Counted from the whole stretch's first letter, positions 1 through 13,088 are shown. The stretch: DNA of 63,657 bases, filler included, from Chiloscyllium plagiosum (GCF_004010195.1; 4 parts of one record of this genome joined end to end with filler, not necessarily neighbours in it), one strand, 5' to 3'. Numbers and translations are program-made. The notes: generated by a model not told the origin, from the sequence alone.

Positions 1-240
1 CTCTCTCTCCTCTCTCTCTCCTGCACTGTCCTCACCACGTGCTTCCTTTCTCCCATTTAAACTGCTGTTGGTTTGACTTTTTTTTCCAAAGTTCCAAAAC
101 AATGCAACAGCATATAAAACAGTAATTACTGCTCCTGGAATTTGAGGAAATCACCTCCAGCACCTGAAATACCTCAAAAACAATGAGCAGCTCTTACAGC
201 CAGAAATTTTTCCCGTCCTCCATCTTGGATTACCCAGAAG
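1..240 (-). mobile_element. 5' end/5' UTR of a CR1-type LINE, running off the window start
   Basis: Reverse-complement match to 62524-62770, which leads into a CR1 ORF1-like sequence. Confidence 0.65.
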
Positions 241-413
241 TTTGAAAAGTCCATAAGCAATTAGAATGAGCAGTTCTGCTTTAGTCCTCCCTCTTACCTT
301 CTACAAATCTTTTCATTGAGACTGTTGCATTATAATAACTATTGCAGATTTTGTACTTCCCTCACATACTCTAATCTAGCATGCTTGTATTTTCATGGCA
401 TATCCATCAAATC

Positions 414-570
414 TTAGATTAGATTAGATTAGATTCCCTATAGTGTGGAAACAGGCCTTTTGGCCCCACAAGTCCACAGCGACCCTCCGAACAGCAACTC
501 ACCCAGACCCATTGCCCTCCATTTACCCCTGTCTAATCCACCTAACACTGTGGGCAATTTAGCATGGCCA
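414..570 (-). mobile_element. HE1/V-SINE 3' fragment
   Basis: (ttaga)n tail, gtgtggaaacaggcc...gggcaatttagcatggcca as in the full copies. Confidence 0.8.
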
Positions 571-725
571 AAGAGCTGTTTCTGTGGTTGTTGATATGAC
601 TTCAGGACAGTTTGTTACCTCCCTGGTCTTCTGTTCTAGGGTATCACGGAATAGGTTAGGGTGAATGGCCTGAAGTCATCTTCCACTTAGTGCTAACGAC
701 AAAGGTGGTCTTGCATAAGAATTTT

Positions 726-1314
726 AAAAGTTTTGAGAAGATTTATAGCTCAGGTTGAGGTTTTGGAAGTAGGTTTGCTCGCTGAGCTTGGAGGTTCATT
801 TCCAGATGTTTCATTACCTTACTAGGTAATATCTTCAGTAGGCCTCAGGCAAAGCAATGCTGAAAATTCCTGCTTCCTATTTATATGTTTGGGTTTCTTT
901 GGGTTGGTGATGTCATTTCCTGTGATTATTTCCTGTGATGAAGTCACTTCCTATTCCTGTTCTCAGCGGGTGGTAGACGGGGTCTAACTCGATGTGTTTG
1001 TTGATAGAGTTCTGGTTAGAATGCTATGCTTCTAGGAATTCTCGTGCATGTCTTTGTTTGGCTTGGTCTAGGATGGATGTGTTGTCCCAATCGAAGTGGT
1101 GTCCTTCCTCATCCATGTGTGAGGATGCTAGTGAGAGAGAGTCATATCATTTTGTGGCTAGTTGGTGTTCATGTATCCTGGTGGCTATTAACAAACACTA
1201 CATTAGACAAACAGGCATTGCTTTACATGAGGCCCACTGAAGATGTTACCTAGTAAGGTAATGAAACGTCTGGAAATGAACCTCCAAGCTCAGCGAGCAA
1301 ACTTACATCCAAAA
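726..1314. mobile_element. Penelope-like element fragment with inverted terminal arm
   Basis: Minus-strand GIY-YIG C-terminal remnant (about 960-1187) similar to 2634-3053; arms 761-860 and 1215-1314 are reverse complements; tail about 731-760 on one side only; candidate TSD aagaatttt at 717-725 and 1313-1321. Confidence 0.8.
1234..1273 (+). ncRNA. Minimal type I hammerhead ribozyme motif
   Basis: cca CTGAAGA t gttacc tagtaa ggtaat GAAA C GTC tgg: core boxes, stem II, stem I cca/tgg, GUC triplet; mirror copy on the minus strand at 805-838. Confidence 0.75.
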
Positions 1315-1419
1315 GAATTTTGGAAGCTAGGTCAAAAATTAGCTAACAGCATCTCTAAGCAAGAAATCCCTTAATTGCTTTGGGTACCATGATTAAGTGA
1401 GGACAGAATTTGAAAGACA

Positions 1420-2480
1420 GCTGGATACATGGCTGGAAAATTGTATAGGAGGAAGGCACACAACAGATTTGGGGAAGTTACTGGCCACGGATTCAAAAAC
1501 ACAGTTACGATATGGATGCAAAATTTACATGAGGGGTTTGAAATAAAGGGTAATCATTAATGGGTATTTTTCAGGCTGGAGGAAGGTTTATAATGGATTT
1601 TCACGGTTCTTCAATATTACAATCCCATGCTTTTCTTGATCTATACATATATAAATGATCTAGATCTTCCTGTGCAGCTGACAGTTTCAAACTTTGCTGA
1701 TGACACGTAGCTTTGGAGAATTAGAATCTGTGAGGAAGGCAGTGTAGAACCTTAAAAGGATGCTGATGAGTTGGTGGACTGGGCAAGTAGTTGGAAGATA
1801 GCATTCACTGTCGAGAAGTGTAAAGCGATTCGCTTTTGTATAAAGATAATGGTGATGGCATAAAATAAAGCACACTATTTTATGGGTTATACAAGAGGAG
1901 AGAGATAGATATCTATGTACTAAGTCACTAAAGATGGCAAGACAGGCAGAAAGAACTGTGAACAAAACGTATAGTATGCTAGGCTTTATTGATAAGGACA
2001 TCGTACAAGTTAGGGAGATTTTGATGAGTATATAGGACACTTATTAAACCTGACCTGGAGTATCGTAGACAGGTCTTCTGGGTGCTGCATCTAAGAAGAA
2101 TGTGAATATATTGGAGAGAGTGCAGAAGATATTTACAAGGCTAAGAGGAGATTTGATACAATATTTCAAAGCATCAAGGGTTTGAACAGAGTAAATTGGA
2201 AGAAACTGTTCCCAGTCATAAAAGAATCAAGAACAGAAGGCATGATTTTTGTGATTTGCAAAAGAAACAATGTGAAATGAGGAAAACCAAAATCTCACAG
2301 TGACTGGTCAGGGTCTGGATTGCACAGTCGATCAGTATAGTGGAGGCATATTCAATCGAGGCAATCAAGGATACATTAGATGATTATTTAACTATAAATA
2401 ATGTTCAGGATTAGGAGAAAAAAGCAAACACTCAAAATGCCCAGGTGCAGACATGATGGGCAAATTGACCTCCTTCTCTA
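1420..2480 (+). mobile_element. Old degenerate CR1 ORF2 3' fragment
   Basis: Remnants such as tcaaactttgctgatgacac (FADD), cctggagtat and gagagagtgcagaagatatttacaagg, with many disruptions. Confidence 0.65.
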
Positions 2481-3344
2481 CCATTATACGTATCATAAGA
2501 ATACATTATTCTGTTTCATTTCTTCTATGTTTGGGTAATGTTACCTTTTGACATTTCAAGAAATGTTACATTTAGTTGTTGTGGTTCTGTTCGCCGAGCT
2601 GGAAGTTTTTGTTGCAAACGTTTCGTCCCCTGGCTAGGCGACATCATCAGTGCTTGGGAGTCTCCTGCGAAGCGCTTCTTTGATGTTTCCTCCGGTGTTT
2701 ATAGTGGTCTGTCCCTGCCGCTTCCGGTTGTCAGTTTCAGCTGTCCGCTGTAGTGGTTGGTATATTGGGTCCAGGTCGATGTGTTTTTTGATGGAGTTTG
2801 TGGATGAATGCCATGCCTCTAGGAATTCCCTGGCTGTTCTCTTTCTGGCTTGCCCTATGATAGTAGTGTTGTTCCAGTCGAATTCATGTTGCTTGTTGTC
2901 TGCGTGTGTGGCTACTAAGGATAGCTGGTTGTGTCGTTTCGTGGCTAGTTGATGTTCATGTATGCGGATTGTTAGCTGTCTTCCTGTTTGGCCTATATAG
3001 TGTTTTGTGCAATCCTTGCATGGTATTTTGTACACTACATTAGTTTTGCTCATGTTGGATGTTGTTGTTGTTCTGCCTCACCAGAACGAAGGACCCGATA
3101 CCCAACATGAGCAAAACTAATGTAGTGTACAAAATACCATGCAAGGACTGCACAAAACACTATATAGGACAAACAGGAAGACAGCTAACAATCCGCATAC
3201 ATGAACATCAACTAGCCACGAAACGACACGACCAGCTATCCTTAGTAGCCACACACGCAGACAACAAGCAACATGAATTCGACTGGGACAACACTACTAT
3301 CATAGGGCAAGTCAGACAGAGAACAGCCAGGGAATTCCTAGAGG

Positions 3345-3545
3345 TAAAAACAATGACTGCAGATGCTGGAAACCAGATTCTGGATCAGTGGTGCTGGAAG
3401 AGCACAGCAATTCAGGCAGCATCCGAGGACAGGCAACTTCGACGTTTCGGGCAAAAGCCGTTCATGAAGGGCTTTTGCCCGAAACGTCGATTTTGCCTGT
3501 CCTCGGATGCTGCCTGAATTGCTGTGCTCTTCCAGCACCACTGAT
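3345..3545 (-). mobile_element. Short palindromic PLE-derived element nested in the PLE arm
   Basis: 82-bp inverted arms 3383-3546 centred on ttca|tgaa, 38-bp tail 3345-3382, 17-bp TSD cagggaattcctagagg at 3328-3344 and 3546-3562. Confidence 0.9.
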
Positions 3546-3724
3546 CAGGGAATTCCTAGAGGCATGGCATTCATCCACAAACTCCATCAACAAACACATC
3601 GACCTGGACCCAATATACCAACCACTACAGCGGACAGCTGAAACTGACAACCAGACGTGGCAGGGACAGACCACTATAAACACCGGAGGAAACATCAAAG
3701 AAGCGCTTCGCAGGAGGCTCCCAA

Positions 3725-3764
3725 GCACTGATGATGTCGCCTAGCCAGGGGATGAAACGTTTGC
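3725..3764 (+). ncRNA. Minimal type I hammerhead ribozyme motif
   Basis: gca CTGATGA t gtcgcc tagcca ggggat GAAA C GTT tgc; mirror copy on the minus strand at 2617-2650 (ggggac GAAAC GTT). Confidence 0.75.
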
Positions 3765-4434
3765 AACAAAAACTTCCAGCTCGGCGAACAGAACCACAAC
3801 AACGAGCACCCGAGCTACAAATCTTCTCACAAACTTTGTTACATTTAGTTTCTAAATCAGTTCAAAATTTACAAATTATTTTTGTGCATGCACATTTATA
3901 GTACTGCTTATGCATTAACAATTGGCTGATCCATTTATTTGAAACATAAGAAGCTTCTATATTCCCTTCTCTTCAGTTGCTGATCTCCTTCACCAACCTG
4001 TGATGATCCAAGCAGTCTCCAGCAATGATCTTTTATTACTTTCACACTTTCAAGCAGATACCTGTGAACCTGGCCAGCTTCAGGATGCTAAAATTGAGCA
4101 AGAATTTACAATCAAATATTAATATTAAATTTAGTAAGACCTCAACTTATTCAACATTTCCACTATACCTCTGCAATCAAACTCAGTTTTGTCCTCCCCC
4201 ACCCCTAAATATTTGGAGCCTATGGTAATTCTTAGAAAGATAAGTCTTGGTAGAAATACCATTTCTGTAATTCATATTATTTACATGAATGATAAAGAAA
4301 TTACAGCTGGTGAGCACAGGACTGGAATTCCACAGCTACCAATTGGTACAATATTAGAAAAGTCATGTCATGTTGTTAAATGCAGGATGAATTTTATATA
4401 TAAATATATCCATTGAGATACATTTTTATTCCAG

Positions 4435-4573
4435 GTATTGATGAAATGTGTAAATAGCGGAAAGATTTTGAACTTTAATGCAGATCGATGGTTATCGACA
4501 GAACATGATGATGGAGATGTTGTGCGTGAATTTCCTCTTATAAGAGAAAGTGATGGGCAGCCAGTCTATCCAG
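4435..4573 (+). CDS. RP1: Host gene exon A: C-terminal part of a PLAT/LH2 repeat (RP1 long isoform or LOXHD1-like)
   Basis: ttttattccag| acceptor and |gtatgg donor; reads VLMKCVNSGKILNFNADRWLSTEHDDGDVVREFPLIRESDGQPVYP (PLAT 'F..RWL....DDG...RE' motif); 139 nt, ends in phase 1. Exon call is strong; the symbol rests on recalled similarity only. Confidence 0.8.
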
Positions 4574-5639
4574 GTATGGTAATTCCCATTGAACTAGTTA
4601 ACAGTGTTTTGCCAGCTAATGAAAATATTAGCTGTTTGAGAATTTCAATTTTTTGAAATTTCACACATCTAATGAGAATTTAAACTTAGAATCATAACCA
4701 TTTTAATGCCCACTGCATGGAATGACAGACAAATATGAATTTATTATATGTTTTTACTATCCAGTTGCTTAATAATTAAATCTTGATGTAAAATCTTTCT
4801 TACTAGTATCATTATTCTTTTCTCTTAAACGATGGACTGAAATGGAACATAGTACAATATGTGTTTGCACATGACAATTGGATCAGATTTGAGAAAACTA
4901 ACAGTATTTTGGGCAACTTGTTCCTGTCTATTGACTTCTAAGTTTCTCTCCACATTCGGCTGCATGCACCCAAAACACTTGAGAGAGATTGGTTGTTGAA
5001 TGCCTTATATAAATTATTCAGTGAGTGATTTTTAAAAACATTATCACCACAGTCAAAGAGTACTTTAAGACTGTGCTCTTGTTGGAGAGAGATAAATGAT
5101 AGTGATTTCACCTAAGGGTCAGGCAAGGTGTAAAGTTGATTATGAGGTCGCTTCATGATGGCCTTGGGTGGTACAGGAATTGAACATGCGCTATTAGCAT
5201 CACTTTACTTACCATCCATCCATCCCAATGAATTAACCGATTCCAACGAGCAATGTTAACATCGTGATGGAATCTGCAATTTTGAATCTGGCTTTAGCTG
5301 AAAGAGAAACAAAAACTTAAGGTTCTTGGGAAAACTAAAGTTAGAACAAAAACTAAAAAGAAAACTTTAGATATTTAGGTAAACTGAAGCAATTTGGGAC
5401 AATCAAAAGTCACAGAGCAATTTGAGATCAGGACAACAGTGGAAAGAGGCAATACAAAGGTTGGATCAAGGAACAGAGATAAAGGAAAATAAGGTTACCG
5501 TTGCTGTTTCAGTTTTGTTTAAAGGTACATTTATATGGCGTCAATGTTACTTGCCAATTGTTATTCTAAACCTGGATATTACCCAGATCTGCATTTTGAA
5601 ATGGACTGCTTTGTACAATCATCAGTGAACATTTCCATT

Positions 5640-6610
5640 TCAAACCTTAAAGATACTGAGTAGGTCATTGAAGCAGCTGAAGATAATTGGGCTGAGGACA
5701 CTACCCTGAGGGATTCCTACAGCTATATCCTGGTGCTGAGGTGACTGACCTCCAATCATAATTCTTTGTGGCAGGGCAGTTTTCCCCCAATTTCCATCGA
5801 CTTGGTTTTGCTTGGGATTCTCGACGTTACACCCAATCAAATGTATCCCTTAGTACAGAGCATTCACTCACCTCTGGAATTCAGCTGTTTTCTCCATGTT
5901 TGAACCATGGCTGTAATGAGGTGAGGAGATATAACTTCAGCATAACTCAAACTGGGCATCATTGCACAGCTTATTGCTGAGTGCTGCTTGGTAGCACTGT
6001 TGATGACCCCTTCTATCACTTTACTGATGCTTTGAGAGTAGACTGATGGGATGATAACTTGCTAGTTTGGACTGTCACACTCTTTGTATGTGGACATACC
6101 TGGTTGTGGACTCATCCGGTTGAGACCTCAATTTTAAGATCCCCTGGTGATCACTTTTATTGATACAGTAATGGACAGGTGCGCCTGTAACAGGCAGATT
6201 GAGGATGACGTCATATATATTTTCCCTATTGGTTCTCTCAAGACCTTCAACTAATTGAAGCAGCAATATCCTTTAGGGCTCAACCAGCTCAGTCAATAGT
6301 GGTTCTACCCAACCATAATTCGTGGTGAGCATCCATTCTATGCACTTGCTACCCCTGTTTCCTGCAAGTGCTCTTCAACATGGAGGAGCATTGATTTTCC
6401 CATGGAGAGATTGGGGTTTTTTTGGGAGGTAGGAGAATAGTATGTGATATTAAGCAGGAGGTTTCCTTGCCCATGTTTGACCCGATACCGTGAGACTTCA
6501 GATTTAATGTTGAAGACTCTTAATTAATTTCCTTCCTGACTGAATACCATAATGCTGCCACCTCTGCTGGATCTGTACTTCTGGTGAGACAGGACAGAGA
6601 CGACCTGTGC
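5640..6610 (-). mobile_element. Degenerate CR1-like LINE fragments (family of 38570-40680)
   Basis: ORF 5640-5840(-) contains GIPQGSVLSPIIFSCF.NDL; sequence resembles the reverse complement of 38570-40050. Confidence 0.6.
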
Positions 6611-7071
6611 CACTGTACTGTGTACAGTCATGATGTGACTACGTGTAGCTTACACTAATTGTTGATGTACTTTCTCCTTTCCCCATTGTATTCTCTGTTT
6701 GAAGAGATGGGGCTCTTAGCTGAGATAAGCTTGGAGAAATGTGCGTAATCCAACATAGATGCTTATCGCCTGCCCTTGTAACTGACATCTACTCTTACTC
6801 AGTGGTGAAGTCTGGAGCACTTGGTGAAAACCCAAATATCTGACTAATGGGCTCACTGACTTGAGATTGTCTGACCTGGAATGCACTCAGTAGCAGTTCT
6901 GTTGCAGTGCACCTGTAAAGAAATTTGTTCATTTGAGGATTTGTCATTAGTCATCTCCAGTAGCTTCAGCTGCACATGTGAAAGTCTGGAAAGATGGAAT
7001 ACATAAATAAATATTTGTCTTAGCAAGATTAAAAAGAAAAGTTGCAAGTTATTGTTATGTTTATAATAAGA

Positions 7072-7405
7072 GCAGCATGGTGGCTCTGTTAGCACTGTTG
7101 CCTCAAAGCGCTAGAGACCCGGGTTCGAATCCTGCCTCGGACGACTGTCTATGTGGAGTTTGCACATTCTCCCTGTATCTGCATGGGTTTTTTTTGGATG
7201 CTCCAGTTTCCTTCCTCAATCCAAAAATATGCAGGTTAGAAGAATTTGCCATGCTAAATTGTCCATAGTACTCAGGGATGTGTAGATTAGGTGTATTAGT
7301 CTGGGCTAAATGTAGGGGAATGGGTCTAGGTGAGCTACTTTTCAGAGAGTTGATGTGGATTTGTTGGGCCGGAGGGCCTGTTTCCATGCTGCAGTGATTC
7401 TATAT
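7072..7405 (+). mobile_element. HE1/V-SINE, near full length
   Basis: tRNA-like head with B box gggttcgaatcc, V-domain tggagtttgcacattctccc, CR1-like tail ggcctgtttccatgctg. Confidence 0.85.
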
Positions 7406-9859
7406 ATTAATTCTATAATTGCAATGGTTATTAATTTGCGGATGGCTTTTATTTAATTATGTCACAGGTAGCAAGGAATTTCCTATCTATCCATTTGTGA
7501 TAGCCAAGAATGCGAAACCTTCAATGATTTCCATTGAAGTTAATTAATAAAACTGAAATTTCTGAAAAGCAAGGATGTTTTACCTGAAACAAGTGCATAT
7601 TAACCAAACGTAATAGTTCTGAAAAGGATCAGTATTTAATCCTGCATTTTTGTAGTTAATATTTATTTACCAAGTGATCAGCTATGATGTGCAATCTACT
7701 GCAACTCTTCACTTCCAGAAGGAAAATCTGAAGAAGAAAGAAAGAATAAGCTGGCTACACATAAACACAATGCTGCAGCTTTTAACTATCCAGTCTATGA
7801 GTAGGCTTCCTCTGGTTCGCTCCTTTTTCACATGATGTCTACAGAATTCGCTAAACAAAAGGTCCTTTTACCATTTTACCCAGTAGATTGCTGAGGATGA
7901 CAGTCATGGGGAAGATACATGAAACTATGTGAAGATGATGATGACAAGTGGCAGTGTTGAATTGTTAGATTGCAGTGTGAGGAAGTCTATTGAAAGAGAA
8001 GAATTGATGGACATGCAAGTAGGTGTGAGAAGTTATTGAGATGAGATTGCAGAGAATGGAATAGGATCGTGAGTACTAAAAGTCATTTGTCATTATATTC
8101 ATCTTTCCTGATCCGGATTGATTAATGAAATGCATCTTATAAAGAACTCAGAGCAACACTCCTGTTTCTGGCCTTCTCTGCAACACCCCTGCCGTCTGTG
8201 TTTCAGCTTATGGTTTCTTCCTTCATTTACTTTGGAAGATATTTTTCTTCTCAGTAGCACATCCAGGGCAGTGTTAATGACATGATCAGAAGCCTGAGAG
8301 CTTGTGGACTCAATTTTGACACTTCCAATTTTCTTATTGCTAACACCAACCCCTTCAACCTGCAACATTGGATTGTTACTTTATCTACTAGATTTGAAAT
8401 TCCATCATTCATGCCTAAATCACATCTGCAGCCACTAGTTGGTTGGGAAATCAGGAAGGATTATTTTAATGGGATGGCTGCAATTGCTTTAAAATCTCTT
8501 TTAAAACTTTCTGAACTCCCTACAGCTGTGCTTCTGTGAAATGTGAGTTTAAAAGTTGAGCACATTATAATAGTATAAAGACTCATACTTGCAACTAATA
8601 ATGCCATCACACACATCTGTTCAGATCTTTTCTATTCAAGTGCAAAATTTGGATTTTTTTTATTGTTAAACAGAGTTCTTGAATGATGTGTGTGTTTTGG
8701 GTTACGTCTTCACCAGCCATGATCTGATTGAATTGCAGAATAAATTCTGCTCCCATGTCTTACCTTAATAAAAGTTGTTTTAGGTCTTACACTAGAGGGA
8801 TTGATGATGGAAATATCTTTAAGGGAAATTAGAAAGTAACAGTAGAAAAAAACTGAACCATCCTTAATGGAAAGGCCAGAAAGTCCAGTTGTGGGTGGAG
8901 CAACCATGTCAGTCCAAAGGAAGCACATCTCCGTTGTGGCAGCAGGGTACCACAAACTGAAGCATTAAGACCCTGTAAAAATAACCTGTTGGGTATATAG
9001 ACTTTGGTAAATCTTTTCAATAACTGAAATCTCTGACAGCAAAAGCCAATTTTCAACATGTTTGATGAATAGGAACTAACCTTTTAGAACTTGTCCTGGC
9101 CTAGATGACTGCAACAAAATAAAGGCATGATTGTTACTGCTGAGGTATCTCACATACACTGCATTAATCTGATCTGTAGTCCAGCATGGTCTGTGCTGTG
9201 GTGGAATGAAAGACTCACCTAATGAATATATTTCACCAGGTTACTCATGAATGCTTAATTGCTAGATGTCTGCCATCATTAAAACCTTGTCATAATAAAA
9301 CCTAAAATATGATACACTTTCATTCTGTTAGACCATTTACTTGCTGTTCTCAAAACAGCTCTAGCACATTTTTTCAGACCATTGAACTTGTTTTCTATTG
9401 CTACATGGATGTAGCCACATATGTTAACATATTAATCTGTCGTTTCTCATGCACAGTGCACATTGAACTAAATAAGAGGGTTCTCAACCCGAGAAATGGT
9501 TGCTTCCTTTGGCTGCACCTTCTCTAGCTGCACATTTAGACTTACTTTAGTGAAGGACAACTTCACTATTTGCATCTGTAAAATGATCTCATATCAGGAA
9601 ATCGTGATTCAAGTAACATGACATTCTAAATACTGTTGGATTCCAAACCTATCATTACCATTACCATAGTTTCTTCTTGCAGTTTCTGTCTGGACTATAT
9701 TTAAATTTTTTCTTTAGGTTATTTCCTTTAATAACCAGGCTGTACAGCATATTCTTCAAGTTTAGAAATGCAAGTTAACTACAGCTGAAAAATTGGCAAT
9801 TCTGTAGTGGCCAGTTTTACAAAAGGAAGGTAAAACATTCACAAACAAAAATAGAAGTT

Positions 9860-10750
9860 GCGATCACCTCTCATTTTTTAAAATTCTTGAGAATATAGGC
9901 CCAGTATGAGATCTTCCTAGGATAATGGCACCATCTTGTGAACAAGTCTGGTGAATGTTCATTGCATTCTCTCTACGACAATAATATCTTTCCTAAGGTA
10001 AGGTGACAAAAACCATGCACAATACCCCAGGTGCAGTCTAACCAATATTCTATAAAATTGAAACAAGACTTTACTACTTCTGTTCTCAAATTGCCTTATG
10101 ATAAAGTTTAACATTTCATTAACTGTCCCAATAATTTTGACCTGCCTGTTGGCCTCCAGTGACTTATTGACAAAGTCTCTTTGCAATCTACACTTTCCAA
10201 CCTGTCACCACATAAGAAATACTATGTATATCTGTTCTTCTACCAATGTGGATAACCTCTCAGTTTTCAACATTAACTTCCATCTATCATGTTCTTATCC
10301 AATCTCTAAACCTTTCTATGGCATATTGTCCCTACCTATTACATTCAATTCTCCTTACAATAAATTATGCCATTACATTAGCTTTCTTCATTACTTGCTG
10401 TAGCTGCATATTAGCATTTTGTGATTCAAACACTTGATCACAGAGTGCTCTGCAATATCTCACCATTTAGCTAATATGCTTATTTTGAAATTCTTTCTTC
10501 CACAATTGACAATTTCCCCACATTATGCTCCATTTGCCAGATCTTTGACGACTCACTTCATCTATTGCTATCTTTTTGTACCCTTTTTCTTTCCTTTACA
10601 CAACTTTCCTACTTGGTTTTGTGTCATCACCAAATTTGACAAATATACTCTAAATCCATCCTTTCATCCAAGTCACCAATGTAAATTGTAAACAGTTGAG
10701 GCCCCAGCACTGTCCCCTGTAGCATGTCACTTATTACATCTTGTCAATTT
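9860..10750 (-). mobile_element. Degenerate CR1 ORF2 fragment
   Basis: ORF 9959-10186(-) has LVRLHLGYCAWFLSPYLRKDI..VERMQ, typical of the CR1 RT C-terminus. Confidence 0.7.
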
Positions 10751-11636
10751 GAAAAAGGCGGGTAAGTGGAGTTAAAATGCCCATCAGCCATGATTGAATG
10801 ACGGAGTGGACTCCGATGGGCCGAATGGCCTTACTTCCACTCTTATGTCTTATGGTCTTATGGTCTTATTTGGATAAGCACATGAATGAGAAATGTTTGG
10901 AGTGATATGTACCAACTACAGGCAGAGAGGACTAGTTTAGTTTGTGATTATGGTTGGCATGGACTGGTTGGAACAAAGGATTTGTTTCTGTTTTGTACGA
11001 TTCTATCTTTTTAAATTTCCATTATCAGTACTCTTCACTGATTGTATACATAGCACCAATATTTAGTTTGTTAACTTTTCTGTTTTAAATATATATATAG
11101 AAACTCTTTCTATCTATTTTTATACTTATGATTAGAGTTTTATTTTTTCTCTCCTTATTAGTTTATTAACCATTCTTTTTTGGTTGTCATATTCCCTCCG
11201 GTCTTCTGATCTGCCACCTATGTTTCTTTTTACTTCACTGGTGGAACATGGGCATCGCTGGCTAGCCAACTTTTATTGGCCATGCCTAGTTGCCCTTGAG
11301 AATGTGGTGCAGTCTTGGAATGCTCCAGTCCATTTGCTGTAGGTCGACTCATAAGTCTATTTGGGAAGGGATTCCAAGATTTTACCCCAGCAATGGTGCA
11401 TATATTTTCCAGCTAAGATGGTAAGTGGCTGGGAGGTGGTATTCCCACATATCTGCTGCTATTGTCCTTCCAAATGGATGTGGTTTAGATTTGGAAGTTG
11501 TGCTATAAGGATCTTTGGCAAATTGAGAATTAGAATCCCTACAGTGTAGAAACAGGCCATTTAGCCCAACAAGTCCACTCCGGCCCTCCAAAGAATATCC
11601 CACCCAGACTCATTCCCCTACATTTATCCCTAACTA

Positions 11637-12459
11637 TCCCTGCCGATTACACTTGCAGGAAGTGCACCCATCTCCAGCTCCTCCAAGACCGTGTTAGGGA
11701 ACTGGAGCTGGAGTTGGATGAACTTCGGATCATTCGGGAGGCAGAGGGGGTCATAGATCAGAGTTATAGGGAAGTAGTAACTCCAAAGATGGCAGATAGA
11801 TGGGTGACAGTGAGGGGGACTGGGAGGAAGCAGCCAGTGCAGGGACCCCCTGCGGCCGTTCTCCTCAAGAACAAGTATACCGTTTTGGATACTTGTGGGG
11901 GGGATGACTTACCAGGGGTAAGTAACGGGGCTCAGGTCTCTGGCACGGAGCCTGTCCCCGTTACTCAGAAGGGAAGGGCGAAGAAGAGCAGAGCAGTAGT
12001 AACTGGGGACTCAATAGTTCGCGGCACAGATAGGCAGTTTTGTGGGAACGAGAGAGACTCACATTTGGTATGTTGCCTCCCAGGTGCAAGGGTACGTGAC
12101 ATCTCTGATCGTGTTTTCCGGGTCCTGGAGGGGGAGGGGGAGCAACCCGAAGTCGTGGTCCACATGGGCACCAACGACATAGGTAGGAGGAGTGCCGAGG
12201 ATGTTAGACAGGCTTTCAGGAAGCTAGGTTGGAAGCTCAGAGTTAGAACGAACAGAGTTGTTGTCTCTGGATTGTTACCCGTGCCACGTGATAGAGATTC
12301 GAGGAATAGGGAAAGAGAACACTTAAATGCGTGGCTACAGGAATGGTGCAGGAGGGAGGGATTCCGGTTTTTGGATAACTGGGGTTCTTTCTGGGGACGG
12401 TGGGACCTCTATAAACAGGATGGTCTACACCTGAAACTGAGGGGCACCAGTATCCTTGG
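11637..12459 (+). mobile_element. CR1 ORF1 (CxxC, coiled coil, SGNH esterase), truncated by a gap
   Basis: ADYTCRKC..LQLLQDRVRELELELDEL, then GDSIVRG, LPGA, HMGTNDI and DGLHL esterase motifs in ORF 11714-12511; no stops. Confidence 0.9.
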
Positions 12460-12559
12460 NNNNNNNNNNNNNNNNNNNNNNNNNNNNNNNNNNNNNNNNN
12501 NNNTTAATTAATTAANNNNNNNNNNNNNNNNNNNNNNNNNNNNNNNNNNNNNNNNNNNN
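12460..12559. other. Assembly gap with artificial linker
   Basis: 44 N + TTAATTAATTAA + 44 N. Confidence 0.95.
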
Positions 12560-13088
12560 TATTGTGTGCAGTTCTGGTCTCCAAATTTGAGGAAAGACAT
12601 TCTGGCTATTGAGGGAGTGCTGCATAGGTTCACGAGGTCAATTCCTGGAATGGTGGGACTACCTTACGCTGAAAGACTGGAGCGACTGGGCTTGTATACC
12701 CTTGAGTTTAGAAGAGTGAGAGGGGATCTGATTGAGACAAATAAGATTATTAAAGGATTGGACTCTCTGGAGGCAGGAAACATGTTTCCACTGATGGATG
12801 AGTGCCGAACCAGAGGACACAGCTTAAAAATACGGGGTAGACCATTTAGTACAGAGATGAGGAGAAACGTCTTCACCCAGAGAGTGGTGGCTGCGTGGAA
12901 TGCTCTGCCCCAGAGGGCAGAGTCTCTGGATTCATTTAAGAAAGAGTTGGATAGAGCTGTCAAGGATAGTGGAATCAAGGGTTATGGAGATAAAGCAAGA
13001 AGAGGATACTGATAAGGATGATCAGCCAAAATCATATTGAATGGTGGTGTAGGCTCAAAGGGCAGAATGGCCTACTTCTGCACCTATT
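12560..13088 (+). mobile_element. CR1 ORF2 3' end and 3' UTR
   Basis: QFWSP.LRKDI.AIE.V..RFTR...LGLYTLEFRRVRGDLIE...TRGH...FTQRVV..WNALP. Confidence 0.9.

Larger units (their letters stand above)
2575..3837. mobile_element. Young Penelope-like element: head-to-head inverted GIY-YIG/pLTR fragments
   Basis: ORFs 2634-3053(-) and 3059-3517(+) both read NVVYKIPCKDC.KHYIGQTGR.L..RIHEH (GIY-YIG). Arms 2575-3058 and 3102-3803 are near-perfect reverse complements; 34-bp tail 3804-3837; TSD tgttacatttagtt at 2564-2577 and 3837-3850. Confidence 0.92.

Noticed and set aside
3338..3744. Two opposite-strand ORFs both starting MVLEEHSNSGSIRGQA
   Set aside because: By-product of the DNA palindrome 3383-3546; no protein motif of its own.
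12504..12515. TTAATTAATTAA in the middle of N runs (also 27298-27309 and 56558-56569)
   Set aside because: Identical 44N+12+44N format three times; it is an all-frame stop linker added during scaffolding, not biological sequence.
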